Shown: positions 54,038 to 64,000 of the stretch, piece after piece
Position numbering within the stretch: the stretch's first letter is position 1
How the letters are laid out: each line of letters begins with the position of its first letter
From: Rebecca billardiae RCC1528
Taxonomy: Eukaryota > Protista > Haptophyta
Direction of reading: 5' to 3'
DNA length: 64,000 bases
Assembly (NCBI GenBank): GCA_965240325.2
Contig: OZ251231.1
Location: 744,001-808,000, forward strand
The notes under the pieces: generated by a model
Databases searched by the model: none
Seen by the model: only the letters and a program-made list of their open reading frames with translations
Told to the model about the DNA's origin: nothing
Made by a program: the position numbers and the translations under genes

Positions 54038-54253
54038 CGGGCCGCTGCGCGGGTGGCGGCTGCTGCTGCTCCTGATCGCAGATCGGGCTGCATCGGTGCT
54101 CGATCTGCTGCTGACAAGCGCATCATTATTGAACGAATATATAATTCATTCCGATCATTGATTCATTGTGCGCGCCCTCAAATGCATCGTGCGCGCTGTC
54201 CAGAAATCAGAATCGTAGTCGGGAGTCGGCGAGCTCGGTGAGGGAGTCGGTGG

Positions 54254-55900
54254 CTACGGTGCTGGTCCGATGGCTCGTCGCGACAGCAGGAGGGAGCGCA
54301 GCGCTGCGCGCGTGATCTGCAGCGCCTGGGGCGAGAGCCCTGCTTGCTCCGCGCCGGGCGTGCAGTTGTAGCGCGCCACTCTCGACATGGCGTACAGCGC
54401 GCCCGTCGCGCGCACGCACGTCGGCGCCCACTCGACGCGCGCGGCGCGCACCGTGCGGCCCTGCCACGGCCAGCGCGTGTACCGCGACCGGCGCACGCGC
54501 ACGCCCGGCTCCGGGTTGCCGTCGAGGAAGAGCGCGGTGTGGTTGGAGACGCGGCCGATCAGCGCGGCGACCTTCGTCTCGCCCGTGAGCAGCACGTCCG
54601 CCGACATCAGCGCGTGATACTGCAGCGCGCGGTTCACGTCGACGTGCGTGACGACGCGCGCGCGCGCGCGCTCGCCCCACCGCTCGATCGCGGCACAGCA
54701 GTGGCTCGAGGGGTAGTCAGTGTACGCGTGCACGGACAGGCGCGGCGCGGCGCAGGGCTCGCGCCGGTGCTCGCACGCGCGCTCGAGCTGCTGCTTGAGC
54801 AGCTCGAGCGCCTGCACGTAGAACAACTCCGGCGCCCCGTGCCGCCCGCCGCCCGTGCGCACATACACGGCCACGACCACCGCGCCGGCGCTCGCGCCCT
54901 GTCGCCACGCCGGCCGTGCGAGTGGCACGATCGTGCGCATGCGGGCGTAGCCGGCGGCGAGGGCGGGGAGCTCGGTGTCCACGACGTCCTCCTCGTACCC
55001 GCCGTTCGTCATGTTCAGCCGCGCCGTCACCTTGCTGCGCAGCACCACCGGCGGCGGGAGCGCCGCCGCCTCCCGGCGCGCCGCGTCCGCGCTCCGCAGC
55101 CGCAGCGCGTCCAAGTCCGCCTCGGCCGCGCGCGCGCCGCACGCGAGCTCGAGCTCCTGCGCGCACGGGTCGGGCAGCAGCAGGCCGTAGAGCAGGTCGA
55201 AGAATGCGCTCGGGAACACCTTCGACGGCAGGATCGCCACGTGCTCGCACGCGAGGAAGCGCACCCGCTCGGGCTCGAAGCCGAGCGCGAGCGCGCGCCG
55301 ACGCAGCTCGCGCCGCAACGCTGTGATCTGCTCCAGCACGACGCCGGGCGTGTTGTGGAACTCGTGGTGCGGGCAGTCCATGTCGAGGAAGGCGCCGGCG
55401 CAGAAGCCGGGCTCGTGGTGCGTCACGCCGCGCCGCAGGCTCTCCGCGACCAGCGCGAGCGCGCGGCCGAGCCGGGCCTCGAGCGCCGGGCACATGAGAG
55501 AGACGGTGGCGCCTTCGGCTCTCGCGCACGGCGTCCGCGCGACGAGGTGCCTGCTGAGCTCGTCGAGGAGCGCGTGCGCGGGCTGCGGGAGGTGCAGCGA
55601 GTTGTTGCCGAGCAGGTCCGACTCGAACGGGCCCGGGTCGAACGGGCTGCGCCGCATCCATCCAGGCCTCGCGAGCTTGGTGCGCGAGCGCACGAAGAAG
55701 GCGAGACTCTCCCACGTCGCGCCGGCCACGTGGCACGGGGGTCGCGCGGCGGCGGCAGCGTGCGGCTCGTCGCGGGTGCGATCGCCGTCGGGTGCCTGCG
55801 CGCCGCGGCTGCTAGGGCGCGCGCGCAGCGCCAAGCCCACCAGCAGCAGCAGCAGTGCGCACGACAGCACAGCCGCTCGCGGCCGGGAATGACCCGCCAT
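54254..55900 (-). CDS. Type II membrane protein with fucosyltransferase-like (GT11/GT23-type) C-terminal motifs
   Basis: TM VLSCALLLLLVGLAL; VVVAVYVRTG...FYVQAL...VHAYTD...HALMSADVLL. Confidence 0.55.
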   Translation of the reverse strand: MAGHSRPRAAVLSCALLLLLVGLALRARPSSRGAQAPDGDRTRDEPHAAAAARPPCHVAGATWESLAFFVRSRTKLARPGWMRRSPFDPGPFESDLLGNNSLHLPQPAHALLDELSRHLVARTPCARAEGATVSLMCPALEARLGRALALVAESLRRGVTHHEPGFCAGAFLDMDCPHHEFHNTPGVVLEQITALRRELRRRALALGFEPERVRFLACEHVAILPSKVFPSAFFDLLYGLLLPDPCAQELELACGARAAEADLDALRLRSADAARREAAALPPPVVLRSKVTARLNMTNGGYEEDVVDTELPALAAGYARMRTIVPLARPAWRQGASAGAVVVAVYVRTGGGRHGAPELFYVQALELLKQQLERACEHRREPCAAPRLSVHAYTDYPSSHCCAAIERWGERARARVVTHVDVNRALQYHALMSADVLLTGETKVAALIGRVSNHTALFLDGNPEPGVRVRRSRYTRWPWQGRTVRAARVEWAPTCVRATGALYAMSRVARYNCTPGAEQAGLSPQALQITRAALRSLLLSRRAIGPAP

Positions 55901-55937
55901 CGTGATCGCGCCAAGTTGCCAACGGCCTCGTCCGCCG

Positions 55938-57497
55938 ATGGCGGCGGGGCTTTCGATGCCGGCGCGCGCCACATCAACCGCGGTCGGGCTCGCGGCGGCG
56001 CTGGCGCTGGGCATCATGATCGCGATCAGCTCGCAGCGCCGGCTGCGCACGACGCAGCTGCTCACCACGCCGCGCCCCGTCGTCACCGACAGCGAGTGCG
56101 AGCGCTTTTGGCGCCGGCCGACGGAGCGTCCTTGCGCCGCGCGGCGGCGGCGCTCGACGCTGTGCGTGCACGCGCCGCAGCGGCGCATCACGGCAGCCGA
56201 CTACGTCGAGCTCCTCACCTCGCGGCGGTTCAGGCCCGAGCACGTCCGCGTGCAGATCGTCGCCGGCCGCGTGTACGTCGTGCCCCACCCGCTGAACGCG
56301 TTCGGCCACCCAAACATGGTGGGCGTGCTTCGCAAGTTCCTCGCCAACGTGCAGGACGCGGCGGCGGCGCACGCGCTGCCGGACGTGGACGCGGTGCTCA
56401 ACGTGGCCGACGAGTCGCCAGGCTGGCCCGTCCTCGCAAACCACTACCGCGCCGACGCCGAGCCCACCTTCCTCGTGCCCGGCATCTTCCCCAACTGGGA
56501 CCGCGCCGCGCCGGCGGGCGCGTTCGGCGCGCCCGACGCCGCGGCCAAGCACGCCGGCGTCGCGCGCGGGACGACGCGGTACGAGCCCGCGCCGGACGTG
56601 CCCGACGACGCGACGATCGCCGCGGGCTGGGACGCGCGCCAGCCGCGCGCCGTGTGGCGCGGCTCGCTCACGGGCCCGCCCGTGAGCGCGCGGCGCTGGG
56701 AGCACAACATGCGCGCGCGGCTGACTGCGCTCTCGCGCGCGCACCCGTTGGAGGTGGACGCAGCGTTCACGGAGTACCAGGGCGCGGCGCCGGAGGCGGA
56801 GGAGGCGCGCGTGCTCGAGTCCGCGCTGCGCCGCGCGCCGCGCATGCCCTTCGCCGAGTTCGCCTCCTTCCGCCTCTCGATCAACGCGGACGGCAACGGG
56901 CAGTCGGACCGGCTGACGCAGCTGCTGCGGCTCGGAGGCCTCGTGCTCTCAGTGAGTGACGTGCATGTGCCGCTGAGTGAGAACTCGTGGATGGTGCCGC
57001 ACGCGGTGTGGCTGAACGGGAGCGAGCTCGGGCTGGTGCCGCTCGCCGTGCGCTGCCTCCACGTGCACAGCGAGCGCGCGCTGAGCATGGCGCTCGCCGG
57101 CGCCGCGTTCGCGCGCGCGCACCTCACGTACCGGAACACAGTCGTCAACTACTGGGCGGACGCGCTCGACGGCTACAGCGCCGCGCAGGCGTTCCCCACG
57201 CGGCTGCACCCGCACGCGATCGACGCGGAGAGGCTGCGACTGCGCCACCTGCGCGGCTCGCGTGCGAGGCTCGAGCCCACGCTCGCCTTCTACGCCGCCC
57301 CCCCGCGCAAGGGCCCGGCGGGGCCGGAGTGGGATGCCGCGGCCGAATCGCCCGTCACGCGACCGTACCGCGTCGGCCGCGCGCCTGGTGGCGCGAGCGG
57401 CGCGGCGCCGGCGAATCGTAGCGAGACGCAGATCACGGCGGCGCGCCGCGCCGTCGCGATGGTATCACGCGCGGGCTGGCTCGTCGGGAGCAGCTGA
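55938..57497 (+). CDS. GT90 / CAP10-family glycosyltransferase
   Basis: LPDVDAVLNVADE, WDARQPRAVWRGSLTG, MPFAEFASFRLSINADGNGQSDRL and a type II TM helix. Confidence 0.8.
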   Translation: MAAGLSMPARATSTAVGLAAALALGIMIAISSQRRLRTTQLLTTPRPVVTDSECERFWRRPTERPCAARRRRSTLCVHAPQRRITAADYVELLTSRRFRPEHVRVQIVAGRVYVVPHPLNAFGHPNMVGVLRKFLANVQDAAAAHALPDVDAVLNVADESPGWPVLANHYRADAEPTFLVPGIFPNWDRAAPAGAFGAPDAAAKHAGVARGTTRYEPAPDVPDDATIAAGWDARQPRAVWRGSLTGPPVSARRWEHNMRARLTALSRAHPLEVDAAFTEYQGAAPEAEEARVLESALRRAPRMPFAEFASFRLSINADGNGQSDRLTQLLRLGGLVLSVSDVHVPLSENSWMVPHAVWLNGSELGLVPLAVRCLHVHSERALSMALAGAAFARAHLTYRNTVVNYWADALDGYSAAQAFPTRLHPHAIDAERLRLRHLRGSRARLEPTLAFYAAPPRKGPAGPEWDAAAESPVTRPYRVGRAPGGASGAAPANRSETQITAARRAVAMVSRAGWLVGSS

Positions 57498-57729
57498 TGG
57501 GGATTGGCATGCCAATGGCATGAGTGAGTGAGGTGCACCACGACGCCGGCGCTCATCAACATCGTCGTCGATCGCATCAGCTAGCATCTAGCGCTAGATA
57601 ATTGATTTGGATTAAAACTCATAGAGGTACGTACGGTCGGCGGTGGCGGCCCCAGATGACGAATCGTCGCCTCCGCATCCGCATCGCGCGCGACAGGGCC
57701 GACACGGCGATCTGGGCGCGGGGGACGCC

Positions 57730-58077
57730 ATGCAGCGCGCGGCGGTGACCGGCCTTCGGCTGGTTGGCGGGCGGCCACTTTCGACCGGGGCGCGCCGCAG
57801 CGTGATCTCGAAGAAGGAAATCTTCGAGCGCTTCCGGTCGTTCGACAAGGACGGCGATGGCTTCATCACCAGCGCAGAGATCAAGCGCGCCATTGCCGCA
57901 ACGTCTACCGAACTCGCACCAGAGGACATCGATGCCATCGTGAAAGAGGCGGACATCGACGGGGACGGACGCATCAACTACAACGAGTTCGTGAACATCA
58001 TGGCGACCAGACCGGGAGTAATGAGTGGCGAGCTACCCGAAGATCGCAAGCAGCCATACGATCGAAAGTTTGGATGA
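57730..58077 (+). CDS. Two-EF-hand calmodulin-like protein with presequence-like N-terminus
   Basis: EF loops DKDGDGFITSAE and DIDGDGRINYNE; ATG 57730. Confidence 0.85.
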   Translation: MQRAAVTGLRLVGGRPLSTGARRSVISKKEIFERFRSFDKDGDGFITSAEIKRAIAATSTELAPEDIDAIVKEADIDGDGRINYNEFVNIMATRPGVMSGELPEDRKQPYDRKFG

Positions 58078-59322
58078 TGCAGATTGCATGCTGTGGAAGT
58101 TCGCCTGCCGGGTGTGGCGTGGGACGAGCGGTCGCACGCGCTTGCTGCGCCAAAGCGCGCGCTCCACGCCGTCGAGCCGGCTGTTCTCGAGCGCATCATG
58201 TAGACCGTACGCCGCACCGAGTCCGGCGGCTTCAGCCGTGAGCGAGTCCGCGCTCACGGGCGCCGGCGGGCTGCTTGCTATCACGGAGGCATGGACGCCG
58301 GCCTGGCCGCGACGGCAGCATCGAGCGTGCCGCGGCGGGCGCTGGCGCTCCCTGCTACGTACGGCGGACTCGCCACGACCGCCAAACGCCGCCGCCGTGG
58401 CCAACGCCGTCGCTGAGGCCGCCGCCAGCTCAGTGATTACGCCGTCTGTCGCTGCCGGCACCGAGGGCGAGGTAGGACGAGTGACGCCGTCAGCCCCTCT
58501 CTAGTTGCAGTATGCATTCGGAGATCGACATATGTGATGAGCATCAGCATATTCAGCTATATAGTCAGCAGCAAGAGCTCTCAGCAGATCGACGCTCATC
58601 ATGGCACTCTGCCAATCTGATTGGCACTCGACTCCGACTCGCGAGTGTGATTGATCGGACTCTCGCCGGGACTCAGAGCGAGAGTGAGTACTCAGTGACA
58701 GTGAGTAAGCTGGCGCTGCGGAGTGCGGTCGGATTTACAATTACTATTAAATAATAATAAATAAAAATTAAATCGGCTGTCCATCCAGCTGATGAGCATA
58801 TTATTATTATTAATATTAATAAGCCGCGGCGGACGCCCGGACGGTCGATACCAGCAGACTTTATTACGCTACTATTAGTCCGCGTTTACACTAGCCGTCG
58901 TACTTTTAACCCTTATAATATATAGGCGTAGCTAGTTATAATAATCAAGTACGTTACTACCGGGTACTCTACTGTCACAGACTCACAGTACTGACGAGTG
59001 ACGGGTCTGAGTCTGACTCTGAGTCGTAGCTACCGAGTACGGGGGCATTGTAATCAGTACGTGTATGACACTACGTCTACGAGTGTCATACTGTACCGCA
59101 CGGTACGACGAAAGTACGGCGCCGGCTGTTAAGGCTGGTTAGCCTGGTACCGGTCACTAACTACGTCTAACTACTACGATAAGGTCCGCGCATCTGAGGC
59201 GGGATCACAGCCCGCAGCGCCGCTCTCCACTCCCGAGAGTCCAGTGACTCATGCCACTGGCTCGGATGAGAGTACCACTACCAGTTGTAAACCGGCAAAG
59301 TCACCGTCACCGTCAGGACGAG

Positions 59323-60279
59323 TTAAGCCCAGCGCAGTGTGAGCATGCTGACCTTCACGACACACCCATCAGTGTCAGATGAGGAGTCACAAAGCCTTTT
59401 GGTAGCGTCCACTGCTTCGCGGCGGATGCGCTCAGCCTCCTCCGCCGTCAGTGGGGATCCAAACTCGACGTGACATGGCGCGAGCCCACGCTGACGCCCG
59501 GCGATGATGCGCACGCTGAGGCCGCGCGCGGCTGCCGCTCGCACGAACGCAAAGAGGATGCCATCCGGGCACAGGAAGGAGCTGTCGCGCGTGACGTACA
59601 TGACGAAGGCGCGGGCGCCTTCGGAGCGCTGGAGGTGGGTCGCAATGGCTGCAGCGAGCGTTGGCGCATGCTCGTTCTCATACAGCACCTCGGAGGCGAG
59701 CACGACGTCGAACAAGTCGGCCGGCCCCAGCCAGTGCGTGGACGGATCGAACGAGGAGCGTGCTGCGATGACGTCCTCCGTCGTGCGGCGACCAGCCATG
59801 TTGGGGCACGCGCCGACGTCAGTGTGCTTCGCAGCAGCCTGCCAGTTCATAGCTAGCGCGCGCACACGGGTCGCAGGAGCGTGCCGCTCTTTGTTCAGCT
59901 CGGCATTATGAGCGCAGTTGGCGACGAGCGCGGGCAGGCAGTCGGTCAGCGCGACCTCGCGGGCCCCCAGTTGCGCCGCGACGAGGCCTGGCAGGCCGAG
60001 GCCACTGCCAAGCTCGAGGACGGACGCGCCCTCCAAGGGAGTCGGGTGCGCAGCCAGCCACTCGGCCAGCGCGAGCGCGCCCACCCACACGCGCCATCCC
60101 AAGCCGCCATCGCCCACCTCGAGCTCACGCACGTCCACCTCGACAGTGCTCCCGAAGCGGTACGTGCACACGGCCGGCGGGCGAGCCGAGGTGTCAGCAG
60201 TGCGGGAGTACTCGCGCTCGCCGCGCTCGCAGCTGCGGAGGACATCGCGCGCGTATGATCTCGGGAACGAGAGCCTCAT
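59323..60279 (-). CDS. METTL21/Methyltransf_16-family protein lysine methyltransferase
   Basis: GWRVWVGALALAEWL, VLELGSGLGLPGL, VALTD and FDVVLASEVLYE. Confidence 0.88.
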   Translation of the reverse strand: MRLSFPRSYARDVLRSCERGEREYSRTADTSARPPAVCTYRFGSTVEVDVRELEVGDGGLGWRVWVGALALAEWLAAHPTPLEGASVLELGSGLGLPGLVAAQLGAREVALTDCLPALVANCAHNAELNKERHAPATRVRALAMNWQAAAKHTDVGACPNMAGRRTTEDVIAARSSFDPSTHWLGPADLFDVVLASEVLYENEHAPTLAAAIATHLQRSEGARAFVMYVTRDSSFLCPDGILFAFVRAAAARGLSVRIIAGRQRGLAPCHVEFGSPLTAEEAERIRREAVDATKRLCDSSSDTDGCVVKVSMLTLRWA

Positions 60280-60567
60280 CCCTCCTCACGGTTTGATCGT
60301 CCTACTACTGCGGCCAGCATCGTGATCGTGTGACGAGTGACGACCGACTGAGCGACACGAACTCTCCGGGAGCCGCCTTCTGGATCGGTGACACGACGAA
60401 CCTCAAATCCTCAACGACATTTCAGGGAATTCTCCGGTTTACTGGCCCGAACGTTTACGAACGGCGGCCGCCGCTGAGCATGACGAAGCAGAAAGGGCAG
60501 GCAGGTTCCTGCGTCCGCCGCCTCTAACTTCCCGCCCAGCGAGAGACCATCGATAAGCCTCGCGCCG

Positions 60568-62256
60568 ATGGCTGGCGGCAGCGGATCGCGCACGCGCGCC
60601 GAACGGCGTGCGGCACAGCACAACACCAAGTATAAGACCGAGCTCTGCAAGAACTGGCTCGAGCGTGGCACATGCCCATATGGCAACAAGTGCCAGTTCG
60701 CGCATGGCCCGAGCGACATGCGTGTGCGCGAGCACAAGCCCGCGTACAAGACGCGCCCGTGCCAGGCCTTCGTCGAGACGGGCATGTGCGCGTACGGCGT
60801 GCGCTGCAAGTACCGCCACGGCGACGATGACGAGCAGCGCCTGCTTGCGCTGCAGGAGGAGCTGCTCGGGAGCGCCGTTTGCCCCGAGGTCGGCGGCTCT
60901 AGGTTCTCTCCCATTCACGAGGGCAGGGATTACGGCGAGCGTCGAGGCGGAAGCGGCTGGCCTGAGCGCTCGGCCTACGAGCAGCACGGCGCACGCTCGG
61001 CCGTCTCGTCCGCACAGCTGGCGCCGTATGCGCCGTCGCTCCTCCTGCACGTGGCGGGCGCGTCCTCGGGCGCGAGCTCGGCGCCCTCGCCCCTCAGCTC
61101 GGCCGCGAGCCCCGCTGGTCCGGCGAGCGTGCTCTGCCTCTCGCCCGTGCACGTGGCGGCGGCCGCGGCCCCGGCCACCGCGAGCCCCGCCGTGGACCGT
61201 GGCGCCCGACCCCCGCTGAGCGTGCCGCCGCTGCCGTATGCGGCGGCGGCGCACAACATGTCGCCGTCCGCGCGTGCGCAGCTGCTCAGTGCGGCGATGG
61301 GCGGGGGCTTCCTGCCCACACACGTCGGGCAGCCCGGCCTCGGCCTCGCGCAGCACCCGCCTCCGCCGCCACCCACGCCTCCGCCGCCCTCGGCCAGACC
61401 GGCACCTCCGCCCAGCGTGCATGCGCCGCCGCCTCGTCCGCTGCAACCGCCAGCGTACGCCCGGCCGCTCAAGATGCCACAGCACCCGGACGGCGGCATG
61501 GCCGCTGCGGCCGACGACGAGTCGCCGCGCGATATCGACGCGGTGATTGACAGCATCCCGCCCGCCGGACGCGCCCCACACCCGCACCCGCACCGTCTGG
61601 GAGCTCGCGCCGAGTCGATTGAGGCGGACATGAAGAACGAGCTCACGTTTGGTGATGCAGCAGTCATGCCCACGCAGGCTCACTTCCTGCCCCCGCTGGC
61701 CGGCGACGGCACGCACGCGCTGACCTCTGATCCCGCGCCTGCCGCCGGGCCGCCACTCTCGGCAACGTCCTCGGCGCATCCGCGTCGCGATGCTGCCGGT
61801 GGCGCAGCACGGGCATCAGGCATCCCCGTGCCGCCACCGCCGCACCCAGCTTCGAGCCACGCGGCGCTGCCTGCCATTTCAGGCCGGGCCGCTTCTCGCA
61901 GCGCGGACGAGCTGGTGCACCTGCTCGCGCGCACGCAGTCTGCCATCGGCGCTGAGCTGGGTGAGCCCGCGATCCCGCCGCCGACGCTGATGGAGCGCAC
62001 CGAGAGCAACTTCTCCATCAAGGGCGTTGGCGCGCTGGGGGCCGACAACGACAACTCGACCACTGCCCAGGTCTCGCGTGGAGACAGCGAGGTTGTCCTT
62101 TCGTTTGCCGACTATTATCGTAAGGCGCTCGTTGACCAACAGCCCGTCGAGAGCTCGCCCGTCTCGGACCGGATCGCCAACCAACTGAGCCGCGTGCTCA
62201 TCGACGACGGTGACGCGCTCGCCACGAACGCATCAGCAGAGTCGTCACATAATTGA
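60568..62256 (+). CDS. Tandem CCCH zinc-finger (TTP/ZFP36-like) RNA-binding protein
   Basis: KYKTELCKNWLERGTCPYGNKCQFAHG and YKTRPCQAFVETGMCAYGVRCKYRHG, followed by a Pro-rich tail. Confidence 0.92.
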   Translation: MAGGSGSRTRAERRAAQHNTKYKTELCKNWLERGTCPYGNKCQFAHGPSDMRVREHKPAYKTRPCQAFVETGMCAYGVRCKYRHGDDDEQRLLALQEELLGSAVCPEVGGSRFSPIHEGRDYGERRGGSGWPERSAYEQHGARSAVSSAQLAPYAPSLLLHVAGASSGASSAPSPLSSAASPAGPASVLCLSPVHVAAAAAPATASPAVDRGARPPLSVPPLPYAAAAHNMSPSARAQLLSAAMGGGFLPTHVGQPGLGLAQHPPPPPPTPPPPSARPAPPPSVHAPPPRPLQPPAYARPLKMPQHPDGGMAAAADDESPRDIDAVIDSIPPAGRAPHPHPHRLGARAESIEADMKNELTFGDAAVMPTQAHFLPPLAGDGTHALTSDPAPAAGPPLSATSSAHPRRDAAGGAARASGIPVPPPPHPASSHAALPAISGRAASRSADELVHLLARTQSAIGAELGEPAIPPPTLMERTESNFSIKGVGALGADNDNSTTAQVSRGDSEVVLSFADYYRKALVDQQPVESSPVSDRIANQLSRVLIDDGDALATNASAESSHN

Positions 62257-63031
62257 TCGGGGGCACGGTAATGATCCGAAGACTGTCAGTGTCACCGGTC
62301 TGAGCCGCCTGAATTACGCTAGTGTCTATCTAGTCGTCTTCGGCGCAGCCCGGCAGGCTCACCGTAACTGACTCAGCTGCCGCATGCGGACCTGACGGCG
62401 GGCGCTGTCCGCGTTAGCTAATAGCGGCTAGTAGGTACTATACGTACTTACATTGCGGACTTTATAAATATTCGGCGCCGAAGTCTTATGCTGATCGAAC
62501 GTCTACTTAGTATTTCGTATTAGTAATATTTAGTATCGCGACTCGGCGACGTATAAACGGCGGTAAAGTGAATCATTATATTGACATTGTCGTCCGGTGC
62601 GTATAATGCGGATAATCGTCCGTGATCTGCTCCGACGAGCCTCCGTGACCGAACGAGCATCTAGCCCGTCTCAGTCTCACCAGGGCCTAGCCCTAGTAGC
62701 CCTAGGCACTAGCAGCAGCAGCCGATATTGGCCCGCGATGCAGGGCGGAGTCGCGCACGGTGCAGAGCCCGCAGCGCGGGCTCGAACCTAACGTCGTCAA
62801 AAAGATTATTGACCGCTTTGAGTTTGATTACAGGCTCCTGATCCCAGCCCCTGCCGTCGGCCGTCCCGTAGGGACGGGCAGCCGGGCAGCCCGCGGCAGG
62901 GCTGCGGCGCACTGCGGGTCGGGCGCACTGCCTGACCTGGTCCGAGTGCCGAGTGGTCGTGGTCGGAAGGCGCAGACACATGTCTCAGTGGCTGCTGACG
63001 CCTGCCCGTTGGCGTTGCATGCCACGTCGTT

Positions 63032-63332
63032 AAAAAGGGACGGGGGGCGATTTTCAGGGCTGGTGTCACTGTCAGAGACCGATTTTCGATTTCACGAGAC
63101 CGCATTAGCAGGCATCATTTATTTTCTGAGTCAATACAATATTAGCGATCCGGACGCGAAGAGGGCCGATCTGCAGTGGCGATGCACGTCCACGGTCCCG
63201 AGCACTGAGTCGATCCAGTGAAAGCGTGGACGGGGCGTGAGCTCACGTCCAAACACACACTTAACGTAACGGACCGTTACTAACGATTTTTCCGGCGGCC
63301 AATGAGATTGAATCAAGGAGCGACGACTACGT
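63032..63332 (-). repeat. Dispersed AT-rich repeat, copy 2 (inverted relative to 13929-14166)
   Basis: Colinear match with many small indels. Confidence 0.75.
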
Positions 63333-63590
63333 TTATTATGGCGATTTTGTATTCGGGCTTACGGATACGACGCGGTCAACCGTGACCTCATCATCATTTG
63401 ATTCTACCGCTTCAGTGCTTCGCGTTTACGGCTATATTTAAACCGCACCTGTCATCAATGAATGCGTACCCATAATTATTACGGCCGCCTCGTTACAATC
63501 ATAGTAGTATTGCGGATAGTGACACCGTGTTCGCCGCCCGCCGTGCGCTGCTTTATTTCACGGCGGTCTTCGGGACGCACATCGGACGCG

Positions 63591-64000
63591 ATGCCGCGTT
63601 GCGGGCGGCGCGCCTCCCCCCACGCGGTCAAGTATTGGTCGAAGATTCCGCCCTCGCAGCTGCGCCAGGCCATCAACGATGATGCGCTCACGCTCGGCGT
63701 GGTCGCCGCCCTTGTGATGACCGGCTCGGCCGCGGCGCTCCTGTTCAGCAGCGACGACTTTGCGGAGGAGCTCTCGGAGGGCGCGCGGTGGTGGGTGCAC
63801 CACCTCTACATCGCGTGCAACGTCGTGTCGGTCATGGCGGGGCTGGCGTGCATCTTAATCGGCGCGTACACCGTCGTGCATGGTGCGAAGGTGCACGACG
63901 ACTACTTCTTGGAGTTCGTCGCGCACGTCAAGGGTGACCCCGTGAACGAGGCCGTGGGGTACTTCAATGTCTCGGTCATCGGTTTCGTGCTGGGCGTGCT
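63591..64000 (+). CDS. Multi-pass membrane protein, 5' part (runs off the window)
   Basis: Manual translation from ATG 63591 is open to the end. Hydrophobic helices LTLGVVAALVMTGSAAALLF and LYIACNVVSVMAGLACILIGAY. Confidence 0.65.
   Translation, partial: MPRCGRRASPHAVKYWSKIPPSQLRQAINDDALTLGVVAALVMTGSAAALLFSSDDFAEELSEGARWWVHHLYIACNVVSVMAGLACILIGAYTVVHGAKVHDDYFLEFVAHVKGDPVNEAVGYFNVSVIGFVLGV

Noticed and set aside
58033-58461. Minus-strand ORF overlapping the 3' end of the EF-hand gene
   Set aside because: GTG start and no motifs; at most a decayed fragment.

Overview
A very GC-rich eukaryotic nuclear window with spliceosomal GT-AG introns and (GC)n-rich intron bodies. UBA1, VPS37 and plastid- or mitochondrion-targeted proteins are present. 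Composition and intron style suggest a haptophyte-type alga (inference). About 23 host genes occur mostly as head-to-head pairs with short shared promoters: ankyrin/RPL21, FIST/FKBP, PWWP-PEHE/BCS1-like AAA, HMG-box/SEL1-MYND, VPS37/UBA1, Gfo-Idh-MocA/RCC1, desaturase/GnT-I-like, small ORF/WD40, fucosyltransferase-like/GT90 and METTL/CCCH. A ~19.5 kb island of non-autonomous inverted-repeat elements (26.3-45.85 kb) splits the desaturase/GnT-I-like promoter. It holds a tandemly duplicated 3 kb element carrying an unknown intron-containing gene and a truncated FBH1/UvrD-like helicase. It also holds a ~3 kb palindrome, a P/Galileo-like foldback element, MITEs and a structured SINE-like insert. 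At its right end is an EsV-1-7 Cys/His repeat gene whose 10 near-identical 38-aa repeats vary mainly at a few fixed codons. A second foldback element (973-bp arms) and a TIR element with a 5x64-bp hairpin array lie elsewhere. Paralog comparisons show pervasive templated micro-insertions. No intact transposase, rRNA, tRNA or CRISPR array was recognised. All calls were made by eye; no searches were run.
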